Below, one piece after another: positions 38,474 through 47,499 of a DNA stretch of 64,000 nucleotides; the stretch's first letter is position 1, and every line of letters starts with the position of its first letter. The position numbers were made by a program, and so were the translations under genes. Source of the stretch: an uncultured Chloroflexia bacterium (GTDB lineage Bacteria > Chloroflexota > Dehalococcoidia > UBA2979); contig CAVSIV010000006.1 of NCBI GenBank assembly GCA_963728205.1, forward strand, positions 1,696,001 to 1,760,000. Direction: 5' to 3'. Below the pieces are notes generated by a model that searched no databases, was not told where the DNA came from, and saw nothing but the letters and a program-made list of their open reading frames with translations.

Positions 38474-39763
38474 ATGCCTCTCTCCCACGACCGCTCGCGC
38501 GAGGTGATGGCGCGCTCGGCGCGCGTGCTGCCGGGCGGCGTCGACTCGCCGGTGCGCGCGTACCGCAGCGTCGGCGGGGCGCCGGTGGTGATCGCGAGCG
38601 GGCAGGGGGCGACCGTCACCGACGTCGACGGCAACGAGTACGTCGACTACGTCTGCTCGTACGGGCCGCTGATCCTCGGGCACGCGCACCCGGCCGTGGT
38701 CGAGGCGATTCGCGACGCCGCCGGCCGCGGGACGTCGTTCGGCGCGCCGACCGAGGCTGAGGCCGACCTCGCGGAGCGGGTCGTCGACGCCGTGCCGTCG
38801 ATCGAGATGGTGCGCTTCGTCTCGTCGGGCACCGAGGCGACGATGACCGCGATCCGGCTCGCGCGCGCCGCCACCGGGCGCGACCGCGTGCTGAAGTTCG
38901 AGGGCTGCTACCACGGCCACGCCGACGGCCTGCTCGTCGCCGCCGGCTCCGGCGTCGCCACGCTCGCGCTGCCCGACTCGCCCGGCGTGCCGGCCGCGTA
39001 CGCCGAGCAGACGCTGCTCGCGCCGTACAACGACCTCGCCGCCGTCGAGGCCGTGTTCGCCGCGCGGCCGGGCGAGATCGCGTGCGTCATCGTCGAGCCG
39101 ATCGCCGGCAACATGGGGGTGGTCGCGCCCGCGCCCGGGTTCCTCGAGGGGCTGCGCCGCGTATGCGACGCCGACGGCGCGCTGCTGCTGTTCGACGAGG
39201 TGATCTCGGGCTTCCGCGCCGCGTACGGCGGGGCGCAGGAGCGGCTCGGCGTGCTGCCCGACCTCACCGCGCTCGGCAAGGTGATCGGCGGCGGGCTGCC
39301 CGTCGGCGCGTACGGCGGGTCGCGCGCGCTGATGGAGCGCATGGCGCCGGTCGGCGACGTCTACCAGGCCGGCACGCTCTCCGGGAACCCGCTCGCGATG
39401 GCCGCCGGCCGCGCCACGCTCGACGCGCTGCGCGCGCACGAGGGCGCCTACGCGCGGCTCGAGGAGCTGGGCGCGCGGCTCGAGGCCGGGCTCGTCGAGG
39501 CGGCGAAGGATGCGGGCGTGGAGGTGTCGGTGTCGCGCGCGGGGTCGGTGCTCACGCCGTTCTTCCGCTCGGCGCTGCCGTCGAACTACGACGAGGCGCG
39601 CGAGGCGGACACGAAGCGGTTCGCGCGCTTCCACGCCGCGATGCTCGACGGCGGCGTGCACCTGCCGCCGAGCCAGTACGAGGGGTGGTTCGTCTCGCTC
39701 GCGCACGACGAGGCGGCGGTGGACCGGACGGTGGAGGCGGCGGCGAAGGCGTTTCGCGCGTAG
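38474..39763 (+). CDS. hemL: glutamate-1-semialdehyde 2,1-aminomutase
   Basis: PGGVDSPVRA, FEGCYHGHAD, FDEVISGFR, GKVIGGGLP, YQAGTLSGNP. Confidence 0.96.
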   Translation: MPLSHDRSREVMARSARVLPGGVDSPVRAYRSVGGAPVVIASGQGATVTDVDGNEYVDYVCSYGPLILGHAHPAVVEAIRDAAGRGTSFGAPTEAEADLAERVVDAVPSIEMVRFVSSGTEATMTAIRLARAATGRDRVLKFEGCYHGHADGLLVAAGSGVATLALPDSPGVPAAYAEQTLLAPYNDLAAVEAVFAARPGEIACVIVEPIAGNMGVVAPAPGFLEGLRRVCDADGALLLFDEVISGFRAAYGGAQERLGVLPDLTALGKVIGGGLPVGAYGGSRALMERMAPVGDVYQAGTLSGNPLAMAAGRATLDALRAHEGAYARLEELGARLEAGLVEAAKDAGVEVSVSRAGSVLTPFFRSALPSNYDEAREADTKRFARFHAAMLDGGVHLPPSQYEGWFVSLAHDEAAVDRTVEAAAKAFRA

Positions 39764-39809
39764 GTGGGAGGAGGGCACGGCGGGCGGCAGACTTGGTGGC
39801 TCGTCGGAG

Positions 39810-40030
39810 TCAAAGCGGCGGCAGATATGCCGCCGACAGAAGCGCGGCGTCAGCCGCGGACTGCGTCCGCGTCCTGTCGGCGGCATATCTGCCGCCGCTT
39901 TGGGTGACGTTCATCGGCCCCCCGGGCATGCTGACTGCCGTGGATCGTGAGTCCTCCACCGGGCAGAGGTGGCCACCTCACGGTGCCATAGGTGGCCACT
40001 GCACACGGCAGGCCTGAAGCCTGCCGCGCG
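39810..40030. repeat. REPIN family A copy (39810-39903) followed by family D element (39953-40030)
   Basis: Same arms and spacer as the 22508 copy; ctccaccgggcagaggtggccacctc...cacggcaggcctgaagcctgccgc. Confidence 0.8.
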
Positions 40031-40247
40031 CCGGAGCGGGCGCGAGTCCGCGCTGCGCAGTTACAATCCCCGCGTCCCGCAGACGGAACCGAAGGGGTGT
40101 GCCGTGACGGCAACCACGACCCTCGCTTCCGCCTCCGCCGCTCGCGCGTAGCGGAACCCGTCCCGCGCGCGACGCCGTGAGGCCACACCGGCCCGCCGGT
40201 GGCGTCGGCGTGCGCGCGCGACGCCCGGCCCGTCGCAAGGGACACCC

Positions 40248-41528
40248 GTGTCACACTCGCCCTGGTTCCACCGGCAGCCCACGCTGCTGCCCGGCCGCGC
40301 GCTGCGGCCCGACCTGCTCTATCGCTTCCGCGCCATCGCGAACGGCTACTGCATGTGGACGGCGTTCGCGCTCTACGCGCTTTACGTCGTGCGCGACGCG
40401 CACCTGACGCCCACCGAGGCGATCGTCGTCGGCGCCGTGCTCGAGGGCACCGTCGTCGCGTTCGAGATCCCGACCGGCGTCCTCGCCGACGCGGTGAGCC
40501 GCCGCCTCTCCGTCGTCGCCGGCACCGCCGTCGCCGGCGCTGGGTGGGCGGTGATGGGGCTGTTCCCGTCGTTCGAGGGCGTGCTCGCCGGCCAGTTCAT
40601 CTGGGGCTTCGGCTTCACGTTCACGAGCGGCGCCGTCGACGCCTGGCTCGCCGACGAGATCGGCGAGGAGACGGCAGCCCGCACCTACGCGCCGGCCGCG
40701 CAGTGGCGGCAGGCCGCGGTCGTGGCCGGGGTGCTCACCGGCGCCGCGCTCGGGCTCGTCGACGGGCGCGTGCCGTTCGTCGCCGGCGGCGCGGGGAGCG
40801 TCGCGCTCGCGGTGTTCCTCGCGTGCACGATGACCGAGGCCGGCTGGCGGCCGTCGCACGCCGACTCGGCCGCCTCGCGGTTCGGCGCGCTGCGGCGCGT
40901 CGCCACCGCCGGGCTCGGCGAGGCGCGCCGCCGCCCGATGGTGCGCGCCGCGATGGCGATCGCGCTGCTGTTCGGCGCGTCGTCCGAGGTCTTCGACCGC
41001 CTCTGGGGCTTCCACCTCGTCGACGGCGTCGGCGTGCCGCATGGCGTGAACGAGACGCTGCTGTTCGGCGCGATCGCCGTCGCCAGCCAGCTCGCCGCGT
41101 TCGGCGTGATCGCCGCCGGGCGCCGCGCCGCGGGCGACGGGACGCGCGCCTCCGCCGCGCGCGTGCTCGCGTCGATCTACGTCGCCGCCTGCCTCGCGCC
41201 GCTCGCGTTCGCGTTCTCGCCCGTCGCCGGCGTCGCCGTCGCGCTGATCGCCGTCAGCCAGTCGACGATGGCCGCGCAGTACCCCTTCTTCGCGATGTGG
41301 GTGAACCGCGGGCTCGACCCGCGCACGCGCGCGACGGTGCTATCGAGCGTGAACCAGGCGAACTCGGTGGGGCAGACGGTGATCGGGGTGGTATTTGCGG
41401 GGGTGGTAGGGGTCGTCGGCGTGCCCGCCGCGCTCGCGATCGGGGCGCTGATCGTGCTGCCGGCGGTGGGGCTGGTGCGGACGCGGCCGCGGGCGGATCT
41501 GACGCCGGTGCCGGAGCCGGGCGGCTGA
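40248..41528 (+). CDS. MFS transporter (TetA(P)-like group)
   Basis: FEIPTGVLADAVSRRLSV, GFTFTSGA--AWLADE, RATVLS; many hydrophobic segments. Confidence 0.88.
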   Translation: MSHSPWFHRQPTLLPGRALRPDLLYRFRAIANGYCMWTAFALYALYVVRDAHLTPTEAIVVGAVLEGTVVAFEIPTGVLADAVSRRLSVVAGTAVAGAGWAVMGLFPSFEGVLAGQFIWGFGFTFTSGAVDAWLADEIGEETAARTYAPAAQWRQAAVVAGVLTGAALGLVDGRVPFVAGGAGSVALAVFLACTMTEAGWRPSHADSAASRFGALRRVATAGLGEARRRPMVRAAMAIALLFGASSEVFDRLWGFHLVDGVGVPHGVNETLLFGAIAVASQLAAFGVIAAGRRAAGDGTRASAARVLASIYVAACLAPLAFAFSPVAGVAVALIAVSQSTMAAQYPFFAMWVNRGLDPRTRATVLSSVNQANSVGQTVIGVVFAGVVGVVGVPAALAIGALIVLPAVGLVRTRPRADLTPVPEPGG

Positions 41529-41534
41529 CGGCCC

Positions 41535-42158
41535 CGCCGGCGCACCGCCGGCGCCACCGGCGGCTGGCGCGGGCACCGTGGCCAACGCCCGGGGGGCGCG
41601 CCTGGCGTGGCCGCCACGCCCGCCACCCAGCAGCGGGCGGCACGCCCGCTGTGCGCCGCCGCGGGCCGGGCAGCGCCAACACCGGCCGCTGCGCGCCGCC
41701 GCGGGGCGGGCTGTGCCAACACCGGCCGCTGCGCGCCGCTGGCGGGCCGTGCAGCGCCAACACCGCCCGCTGTGCGCCGCCGGCGGGCCGTGCAGGGCCA
41801 ACACCGCCCGCTGTGCGCGCCGGCGCACCGCCGGTGTGCCACCGGCGGCTGGCGCTGGCCCGGTGGCCACCGCCCGGGGCGGCCCGCCTGGCGTGGCCAC
41901 CACGCCTGCCGACCCAGCAGCGGGCGGCACGCCCGCTGTGCGCCGCCGGTGGCCGGGTCGCGCCAACACCGCCCGCTGTGTGCCGCCGGCGGGCCGTGCA
42001 GCGCCAACACCGCCCGCTGTGCCCGCCGGCGCACCGCCGGTGTGCCACCGGCGGCTGGCGCGGGCGTGGTGGCCACCGCCCGGGGCGGCCCGCCTGGCGC
42101 GGCCACCACGCCTGCCGACCCAGCAGCGGGCGGCACGCCCGCTGTGCGCCGCCGCGGG
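41535..42158. repeat. composite repeat array: three ~125-bp units separated by runs of ~40-bp subunits
   Basis: ccggcgcaccgccgg...cccagcagcgggcggcacgcccgctgtgcgccgcc at ~41537, ~41820, ~42026; gccaacaccg(g/c)ccgctg subunits x4 and x2. Confidence 0.88.
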
Positions 42159-42198
42159 CTAGGCGCACGCACCCGTAGTTCCACGGGCCTTGCGCGCA

Positions 42199-42228
42199 TT
42201 GCCCGGAGCGGCTACCGGAACGTATACT
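42199..42228 (+). promoter_or_regulatory. sigma-70 promoter of dnaN
   Basis: TTGCCC-18 nt-TATACT, followed by an AT-rich leader. Confidence 0.6.
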
Positions 42229-42286
42229 GACGCCGCGTTAATTGCGTAGTTACTTGAGCGGTTGATCAGCGGGAGCCGGCCTCGCC

Positions 42287-43423
42287 ATGCGCCTTACCTG
42301 TGCCCAGGCGGATCTCCACCGCGGCCTCCAGGCCGTGGCGCGTGCCATCCCCGCCCGTTCCACCCTCCCCATCACCCAGCACGTCCTGCTCGAGGCCACC
42401 GGCGAGCACATCACGCTCTCCGCCACCGACGCCGAGACCATCGCCATCACCTATCGCATCCCCGCCTCCATCGAGGAGCCCGGCGCCATCACCATGCCCT
42501 CGCGCCTGCTGTCCGACTTCGTCGCGACCCTGCCGCGCGAGCAGATTGAGATGAAGCTCGCCGAGCGCTCGCGCCAGGTGAACCTCACCTGCGCGCGCAA
42601 CACCGCGTCGGTCGGCGGCATGGACCCCGACGACTTCCCGCCGATCCCGCCGGTCGCCGAGGACCGCACGGTGCGCATGGAGGCCGACCGCCTGCGCACC
42701 GCCATCAACCAGACCGTGTTCTCCGCCGCCACCGACGACTCGCGCCCGGTGCTCACCGGCGTGCACTTCGCGATGAAGGGCAAGGAGCTGCGGCTCGCCG
42801 CCGCCGACGGCTTCCGGCTCTCGGTGCACACGATGGTGCTCGACGACGAGGCCGAGGAGCGCGCGGTGATCGTGCCGGCGCGGGCGCTCGGCGAGCTCGG
42901 GCGGCTGCTGCAGGAGGCGAGCGAGGGCGTCGTCGCGATGACGTTCAACGCGGCCGCGACGCAGGTGCAGTTCGACCTCGGCCACGCGAAGCTCGTCGCG
43001 CAGCTGATCCAGGGCACGTTCCCGAACTACGAGCAGCTGATCCCGGCGTCGACCGCGACGCACACCGAGGTCTCGGTCTCCGAGTTCCTGCGGGAGACGC
43101 GCATCGCCTCGATCTTCGCGCGCGACGGCTCCGGCATCGTGCGCCTGATCGCGACGCCCGGCCGCGGCGGCGACCCCGGCCGGCTGCTGATCATCGCCCG
43201 CGCCGACGAGGTCGGCGACAACGAGGGCGAGATTGACGCGGTGGTGACGGGCGAGGAGGCGAAGATCGCCTTCAACGGCCGCTACCTGACCGAGGTGCTC
43301 AACGTCGTCGGCGTCGACCGCGTCGCCATCGAGACGACGTCCCCGAGCAGCCCCGGCGTGATCCGCCCCATCGGCGACGACCGCTTCGTGCACGTCGTGA
43401 TGCCGATGTTCGTGCAGTGGTAG
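42287..43423 (+). CDS. dnaN: DNA polymerase III beta clamp
   Basis: LSATD, DDFPPIP, DDSRPVLTGV, ADGFRLS, LIQGTFPNYEQLIP, IAFNGRYL, VVMPM. Confidence 0.96.
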   Translation: MRLTCAQADLHRGLQAVARAIPARSTLPITQHVLLEATGEHITLSATDAETIAITYRIPASIEEPGAITMPSRLLSDFVATLPREQIEMKLAERSRQVNLTCARNTASVGGMDPDDFPPIPPVAEDRTVRMEADRLRTAINQTVFSAATDDSRPVLTGVHFAMKGKELRLAAADGFRLSVHTMVLDDEAEERAVIVPARALGELGRLLQEASEGVVAMTFNAAATQVQFDLGHAKLVAQLIQGTFPNYEQLIPASTATHTEVSVSEFLRETRIASIFARDGSGIVRLIATPGRGGDPGRLLIIARADEVGDNEGEIDAVVTGEEAKIAFNGRYLTEVLNVVGVDRVAIETTSPSSPGVIRPIGDDRFVHVVMPMFVQW

Positions 43424-44372
43424 CGAAACACTCATCCGACTGATCAGTGAGCGGGACCGTCCCGCGGATCTCCGCGCGCTCCGCTGACGCCGCGATCCGG
43501 GCGTCCGCGGAGCGCCGCAGCAGCGCGAAGCTGCTCTCGTCAGCGGATTCGATGAAGCCTCGGATACGCTCCAGCGACACCGCCAGATGCTCGCGAATGC
43601 GCTCGAATTCGCTCTCATCGATCGGGGCAGGAGGCGTCAGCTCGCGCCGGCGTGCCTCCAGCACCCACCTGCGGTCGGCAAGCTCGCGCGACTCAGCCTG
43701 AGCACGCGCCTCGTCCATCCACCGCTCGGCTTCGGGGTCCCCGACAAGGGCGAGCAGCCAGCCCAGCAGCGCGATGCCGTCTCCCCGCTCGAGTCCGTAG
43801 CGCTCGGCGTAGGGAGCGAGCGTGTCGGCGAAGGTGCCCGGGGAGTCGTACGCCTCGCGGATCGCATCGGCCACGACGATGGCGACGGCCTCCGGGTCTT
43901 CCCGGTCGGCAAGCAGGTCGGGCGCGATGCAGGATGGTCGGGTTGTGGGCAGACCCCGGAGCGTGATCCAACGGAGCGACTCGAGCGGTCGCCGGTGCAG
44001 GCGCACATCTGGCCGACGTGACTGGCGCCGCACCGGCAGCGTGAATTCGTGACGATCCGCAGGCAGGTGTCCGATTCCATAGAGCGCGGTCGCGGAGCGA
44101 TGCGACACGATGCCCTGCTCCGGGGTGCGTCTCCACGCGGGTGTTTCCGGTGCGAGTTGGAGCCACGCGGCGCGTAGGTCTAGGTGATCGGGGACGGGAG
44201 CGCCGGCCAGGTGATAGATGCCGTGGGCAACCCGTTCGATGACTGTGGCAGACGCGAGCCGCTGGAGCGTCGCCGGGGAGACACCGGACAGCTCGGCCTG
44301 GCGGCGCGTGACGAGCCCCCACTGGTCTTCCGCGAGCGCCGACAGACGTCCGAGCGTTCTGTAGCTAGCCAT
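43299..44372 (-). CDS. type IV TA antitoxin, AbiEi-like transcriptional regulator; 3' end uncertain
   Basis: LAEDQWGLVTRRQA, IERVAHGIY, VSHRSATALYGIG; ORF runs antisense into the dnaN 3' end. Confidence 0.8.
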   Translation of the reverse strand: MASYRTLGRLSALAEDQWGLVTRRQAELSGVSPATLQRLASATVIERVAHGIYHLAGAPVPDHLDLRAAWLQLAPETPAWRRTPEQGIVSHRSATALYGIGHLPADRHEFTLPVRRQSRRPDVRLHRRPLESLRWITLRGLPTTRPSCIAPDLLADREDPEAVAIVVADAIREAYDSPGTFADTLAPYAERYGLERGDGIALLGWLLALVGDPEAERWMDEARAQAESRELADRRWVLEARRRELTPPAPIDESEFERIREHLAVSLERIRGFIESADESSFALLRRSADARIAASAERAEIRGTVPLTDQSDECFATTARTSASRRARSGRRRWGGSRRGCSGTSSRWRRGRRRRR

Positions 44373-44373
44373 G

Positions 44374-44409
44374 ACTGCATTATACGTCAATATTGATATA
44401 TAATGCAGT
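44374..44409. promoter_or_regulatory. 36-bp AT-rich palindrome directly upstream of the AbiEi start, putative operator/promoter
   Basis: ACTGCATTATA-cg-TCAATATTGA-ta-TATAATGCAGT; TATAAT on both strands. Confidence 0.75.
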
Positions 44410-44529
44410 AATAGCCACGGATGTCGCCTGCGATGTCTGCAATACCGCTCAGTTCCGATAGAGAACGCAGCTCTGTGACGGAGTCGTGAGAACGAGTCAC
44501 GTCCGGCGGCACAGAGCAGTGAGGTCCGG

Positions 44530-44808
44530 ATGCAAGCCGAGCGTTCTCAGCGTCGGGACCGTATCGAGCTGCGCACGACGCCGGAAGAGAAGCAGTTGCT
44601 TGCGCGGGCTGCTGCCTACGAACGCCTCGACGTGACTGCCTTCATCATGAGGGCGGCGCTCCCGGCGGCGCGCGGGGTCGTGGAACAGGCGGAGCGGATC
44701 GTTCTGACCGAACGAGACACCGCTCGGGTGCTCGAACTCCTGGAGAACCCGCCGGAGCCTCCCGCGGCGCTCGTGGAGGCTGCGCGGCGCCGCCACTCGC
44801 GCGCCTGA
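44530..44808 (+). CDS. DUF1778 RHH antitoxin (TacA/AtaR-like)
   Basis: RIELRTTPEEKQLLARAA, IVLTERD---VLELLENPPEP--AL. Confidence 0.9.
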   Translation: MQAERSQRRDRIELRTTPEEKQLLARAAAYERLDVTAFIMRAALPAARGVVEQAERIVLTERDTARVLELLENPPEPPAALVEAARRRHSRA

Positions 44809-44814
44809 ACATCC

Positions 44815-45348
44815 TTGGACTGGCGCGAAGAGTCCCTCGGCCGGCATCACCACCGCGCGGCCTTCGACTGTGGCTCGCCGGAGCTCAACGAGTACCTGCA
44901 GCGCTACGCGCGACGGAACCACGAGCGCGGGGGCGCGAAGACCTTCGTGGCCGTGTCGCCGGACGACCCCGACCGCAACCTCGGCTACTACTCGATTGCC
45001 CCGGGGGTCATCGAGTCGGAGCAGGCGCCGGAGGACATCAGACGGCGCCTCGGTCGCTATCCGATTCCCGTGTTTCGACTCGCGCGGCTGGCCGTCGACC
45101 ATTCTGCGCAGCGACAGGGACTCGGCGGAGCGTTGCTGTTCGCCGCGGCCGAGCGAGCGCTGGCGGTAGCCGAGGAGGTCGGGGGCGTCGCGCTCGCAAT
45201 CGACGCGAAGGACGAGGATGCGGCGAAGTGGTACGAGCGGTTTGGCGCCCTGAGACTCCGTGACGAACCGCTCCAGCTGCTGTTACCGCTCGCGACCGTA
45301 CGGATGGCGATCGAGCGAATCGCGCGCGAGCGGGAGGGCGGAGCGTAG
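44815..45348 (+). CDS. GNAT acetyltransferase toxin (TacT/AtaT-like)
   Basis: HHRAAFDCG--ELNEYL, YPIPVFRLARLAVD---QRQGLG, IDAKDE-A--WY--FG. Confidence 0.9.
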   Translation: MDWREESLGRHHHRAAFDCGSPELNEYLQRYARRNHERGGAKTFVAVSPDDPDRNLGYYSIAPGVIESEQAPEDIRRRLGRYPIPVFRLARLAVDHSAQRQGLGGALLFAAAERALAVAEEVGGVALAIDAKDEDAAKWYERFGALRLRDEPLQLLLPLATVRMAIERIAREREGGA

Positions 45349-45493
45349 TCGGCGGCATCCAGGTCTGGCGGACCTGTCCTGGCGCGTCCCTCCGCGGCAG
45401 ACGCCGCGGTCCGCCCGGACTCCTCCACCGAATACGCTGACAGCTGCACAGCCGTGCGGCCCCGTCGCGGGCGCCGGGCTCCGTCGCTGGAGA

Positions 45494-46231
45494 ATGGGTG
45501 AAGAGATGACATCCGGTCTGTCGCAGCCGGTCGCGGAAGAGGGCCATCCCGGCGCGCGGATGGGCTGGCTGCGCGCCGCCGTCCTGGGCGCCGACGACGG
45601 AATCGTGACCGTCTCCGCGATCGCGCTGGGTGTGTCGGCCGCCGCCGCCGGCCAGGGCGGGGTCGTGACCGCCGCGGTCGCCGCGCTGGTCGCCGGCGCG
45701 CTCTCCATGGCCGCGGGCGAGTACGTGTCGGTGAGCTCGCAGCGCGACTCGGAGCGGGCCAGCATGGCGCGCGAGCAGCAGGAGCTCGTCGACGACCCGG
45801 CGGGCGAGCATTCGGAGCTGGCGGCGATCTACGAGGCCCGCGGGTTGCCGCCCGACCTCGCCCGCACCGTCGCCGAGCAGCTGATGCAGCACGACGCGCT
45901 CGGGGCTCACGTCCGCGATGAGCTGGGGTTCTCGGAGGAGCTGGCGGCGCGACCCCTCCAGGCGGCGCTGGTGTCGGCGCTCAGCTTCTTCCTTGGCGCC
46001 CTCATTCCGCTGCTGGCGATCGTCGTGGCACCCGTGCTGGCGCCGAGGCGCGCCACGGATCCGATCGTGGTGGCGGTCAGCCTGGTCAGCCTGGCGGCGC
46101 TCGGTGGTGCCGGGGCGCGAGCCGGTGGCGCGCCGCCGATGCGGGCGGCGCTGCGCGTCATCGTCGGCGGCGGGATCGCCATGGCAGTGACCATCGCCAT
46201 TGGCCGGGTGCTGGGGGCCAGCGGCGTGTAG
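45494..46231 (+). CDS. VIT1/CCC1 iron/manganese transporter
   Basis: GWLRAAVLGADDGIV, AGALSMAAGEYVSVSSQRD, H-RDELG, PLQAA. Confidence 0.92.
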   Translation: MGEEMTSGLSQPVAEEGHPGARMGWLRAAVLGADDGIVTVSAIALGVSAAAAGQGGVVTAAVAALVAGALSMAAGEYVSVSSQRDSERASMAREQQELVDDPAGEHSELAAIYEARGLPPDLARTVAEQLMQHDALGAHVRDELGFSEELAARPLQAALVSALSFFLGALIPLLAIVVAPVLAPRRATDPIVVAVSLVSLAALGGAGARAGGAPPMRAALRVIVGGGIAMAVTIAIGRVLGASGV

Positions 46232-46402
46232 CGATCCGGGGTCCCGCCATCCTGCCGTCGCCACGACGGTGGACGCCGCGAGCGTGATCGCGTTACGTCA
46301 CAGTGACGGGTTCCTCCCGCCCGGGTGAACCCATCCGAGCGCCCCGCCCGGCTCGCGGAGCCGCCGCGTCCAGATCCGATGGCGCATCCGAAGGAACACG
46401 AC

Positions 46403-47379
46403 ATGGGGAACACGCGCACGCGCGCCTACCGCGGCGGGGTCCTCGACGCCGAGGGATTCCCCCTCAGCGACGTCTCCGGCCGGCTCGCCCTCCCCGACAC
46501 CTTCGTCTGGGTGGACTTCGTCGACCCGCCCCTGGCGCAGCTCGACGAGCTCGCCGCCGAGCTCGGGTTGCACGAACTGGCGGTGGAGGACGCGCTCGGC
46601 CCCCACCAGCGCCCCAAGCTCGATCACTACGCCACGCACCGGTTTCTCTCGTCCCAGGCCGTGCGGGTGATCCGAGACGAGGGCGAGCTCGCGGAGACCG
46701 AGGTGGACGCCTTCATCAACGACCGCTGGCTGGTCACCGTGCGGAAGGACGAGGGGTTCTCCATGGACGCCGTCGTGGCCCGCTGGGATCGCTCCCCCAT
46801 CTCAGCGCCCACGGGGTGAGCTTCTTCCTGTACGGCCTGCTCGACGTCATCGTCGACGGCTACTTCGAGGCCGTGCAGGTGTTCGACGAGTACTACGACG
46901 ATGTGAGTGAGGGCATCTTCTCCGAGCATCCGCTCGAGCCCTCGCAGCAACGGCACTGGTTCAAGATGCGGCAGGCGCTCGTCCGCTTCCACCGGATCGT
47001 CGTGCCGATGCGGGAGACGGTCAGTTCGCTCATGCGTCGCGAGCACTCCACCGTGGCCGAGGACCTCTATCCCTACTACCAGGATGTGTACGACCACGTC
47101 CTGCGGGTCAGCGAATCCTCGGAGGCCCTGCGCGACCTCGTGAGCACCATCGTGGAGACGAACCTCAGCCTGCGCGATTACCGGCAGAACCAGATCATGA
47201 AGAAGGTGACGAGCTGGGCGGCGATCATTGCCGTCCCCACGCTGATCACCGGCTACTACGGCATGAACGTGCCGTACCCGGGGTTCGGCGCCATGTCGGG
47301 AGCGATCGTGTCCGGCGTGCTGACCGTCGGGTTGTCCGGGGCGCTGTTCCTGCTCTTCCGCGCCAGGGACTGGCTGTAG
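46403..47379 (+). CDS. CorA-family Mg2+ transporter, one frameshift near 46795
   Basis: LGLHELAVED---HQRPKL; YQDVYDH, NQIMKKVT, TLITGYYGMN signature. Confidence 0.87.
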
Positions 47380-47499
47380 GGGCGAGCTGGTGCCATCCCG
47401 ACCGCGCGTCACGCTGCGCGCTTCGCCTGCGATCGGTGTCGGTCCACACGTCGGCCGCGGTGGGGGACTGCCGTAGAATCGCTGACGAGGAGGCGTGAC

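Noticed and set aside
41535-42158. CRISPR array, oriC, or the 200-340 aa ORFs across it
   Set aside because: No unique spacers, no DnaA boxes or AT-rich unwinding element; ORFs in all frames are low-complexity repeat translations
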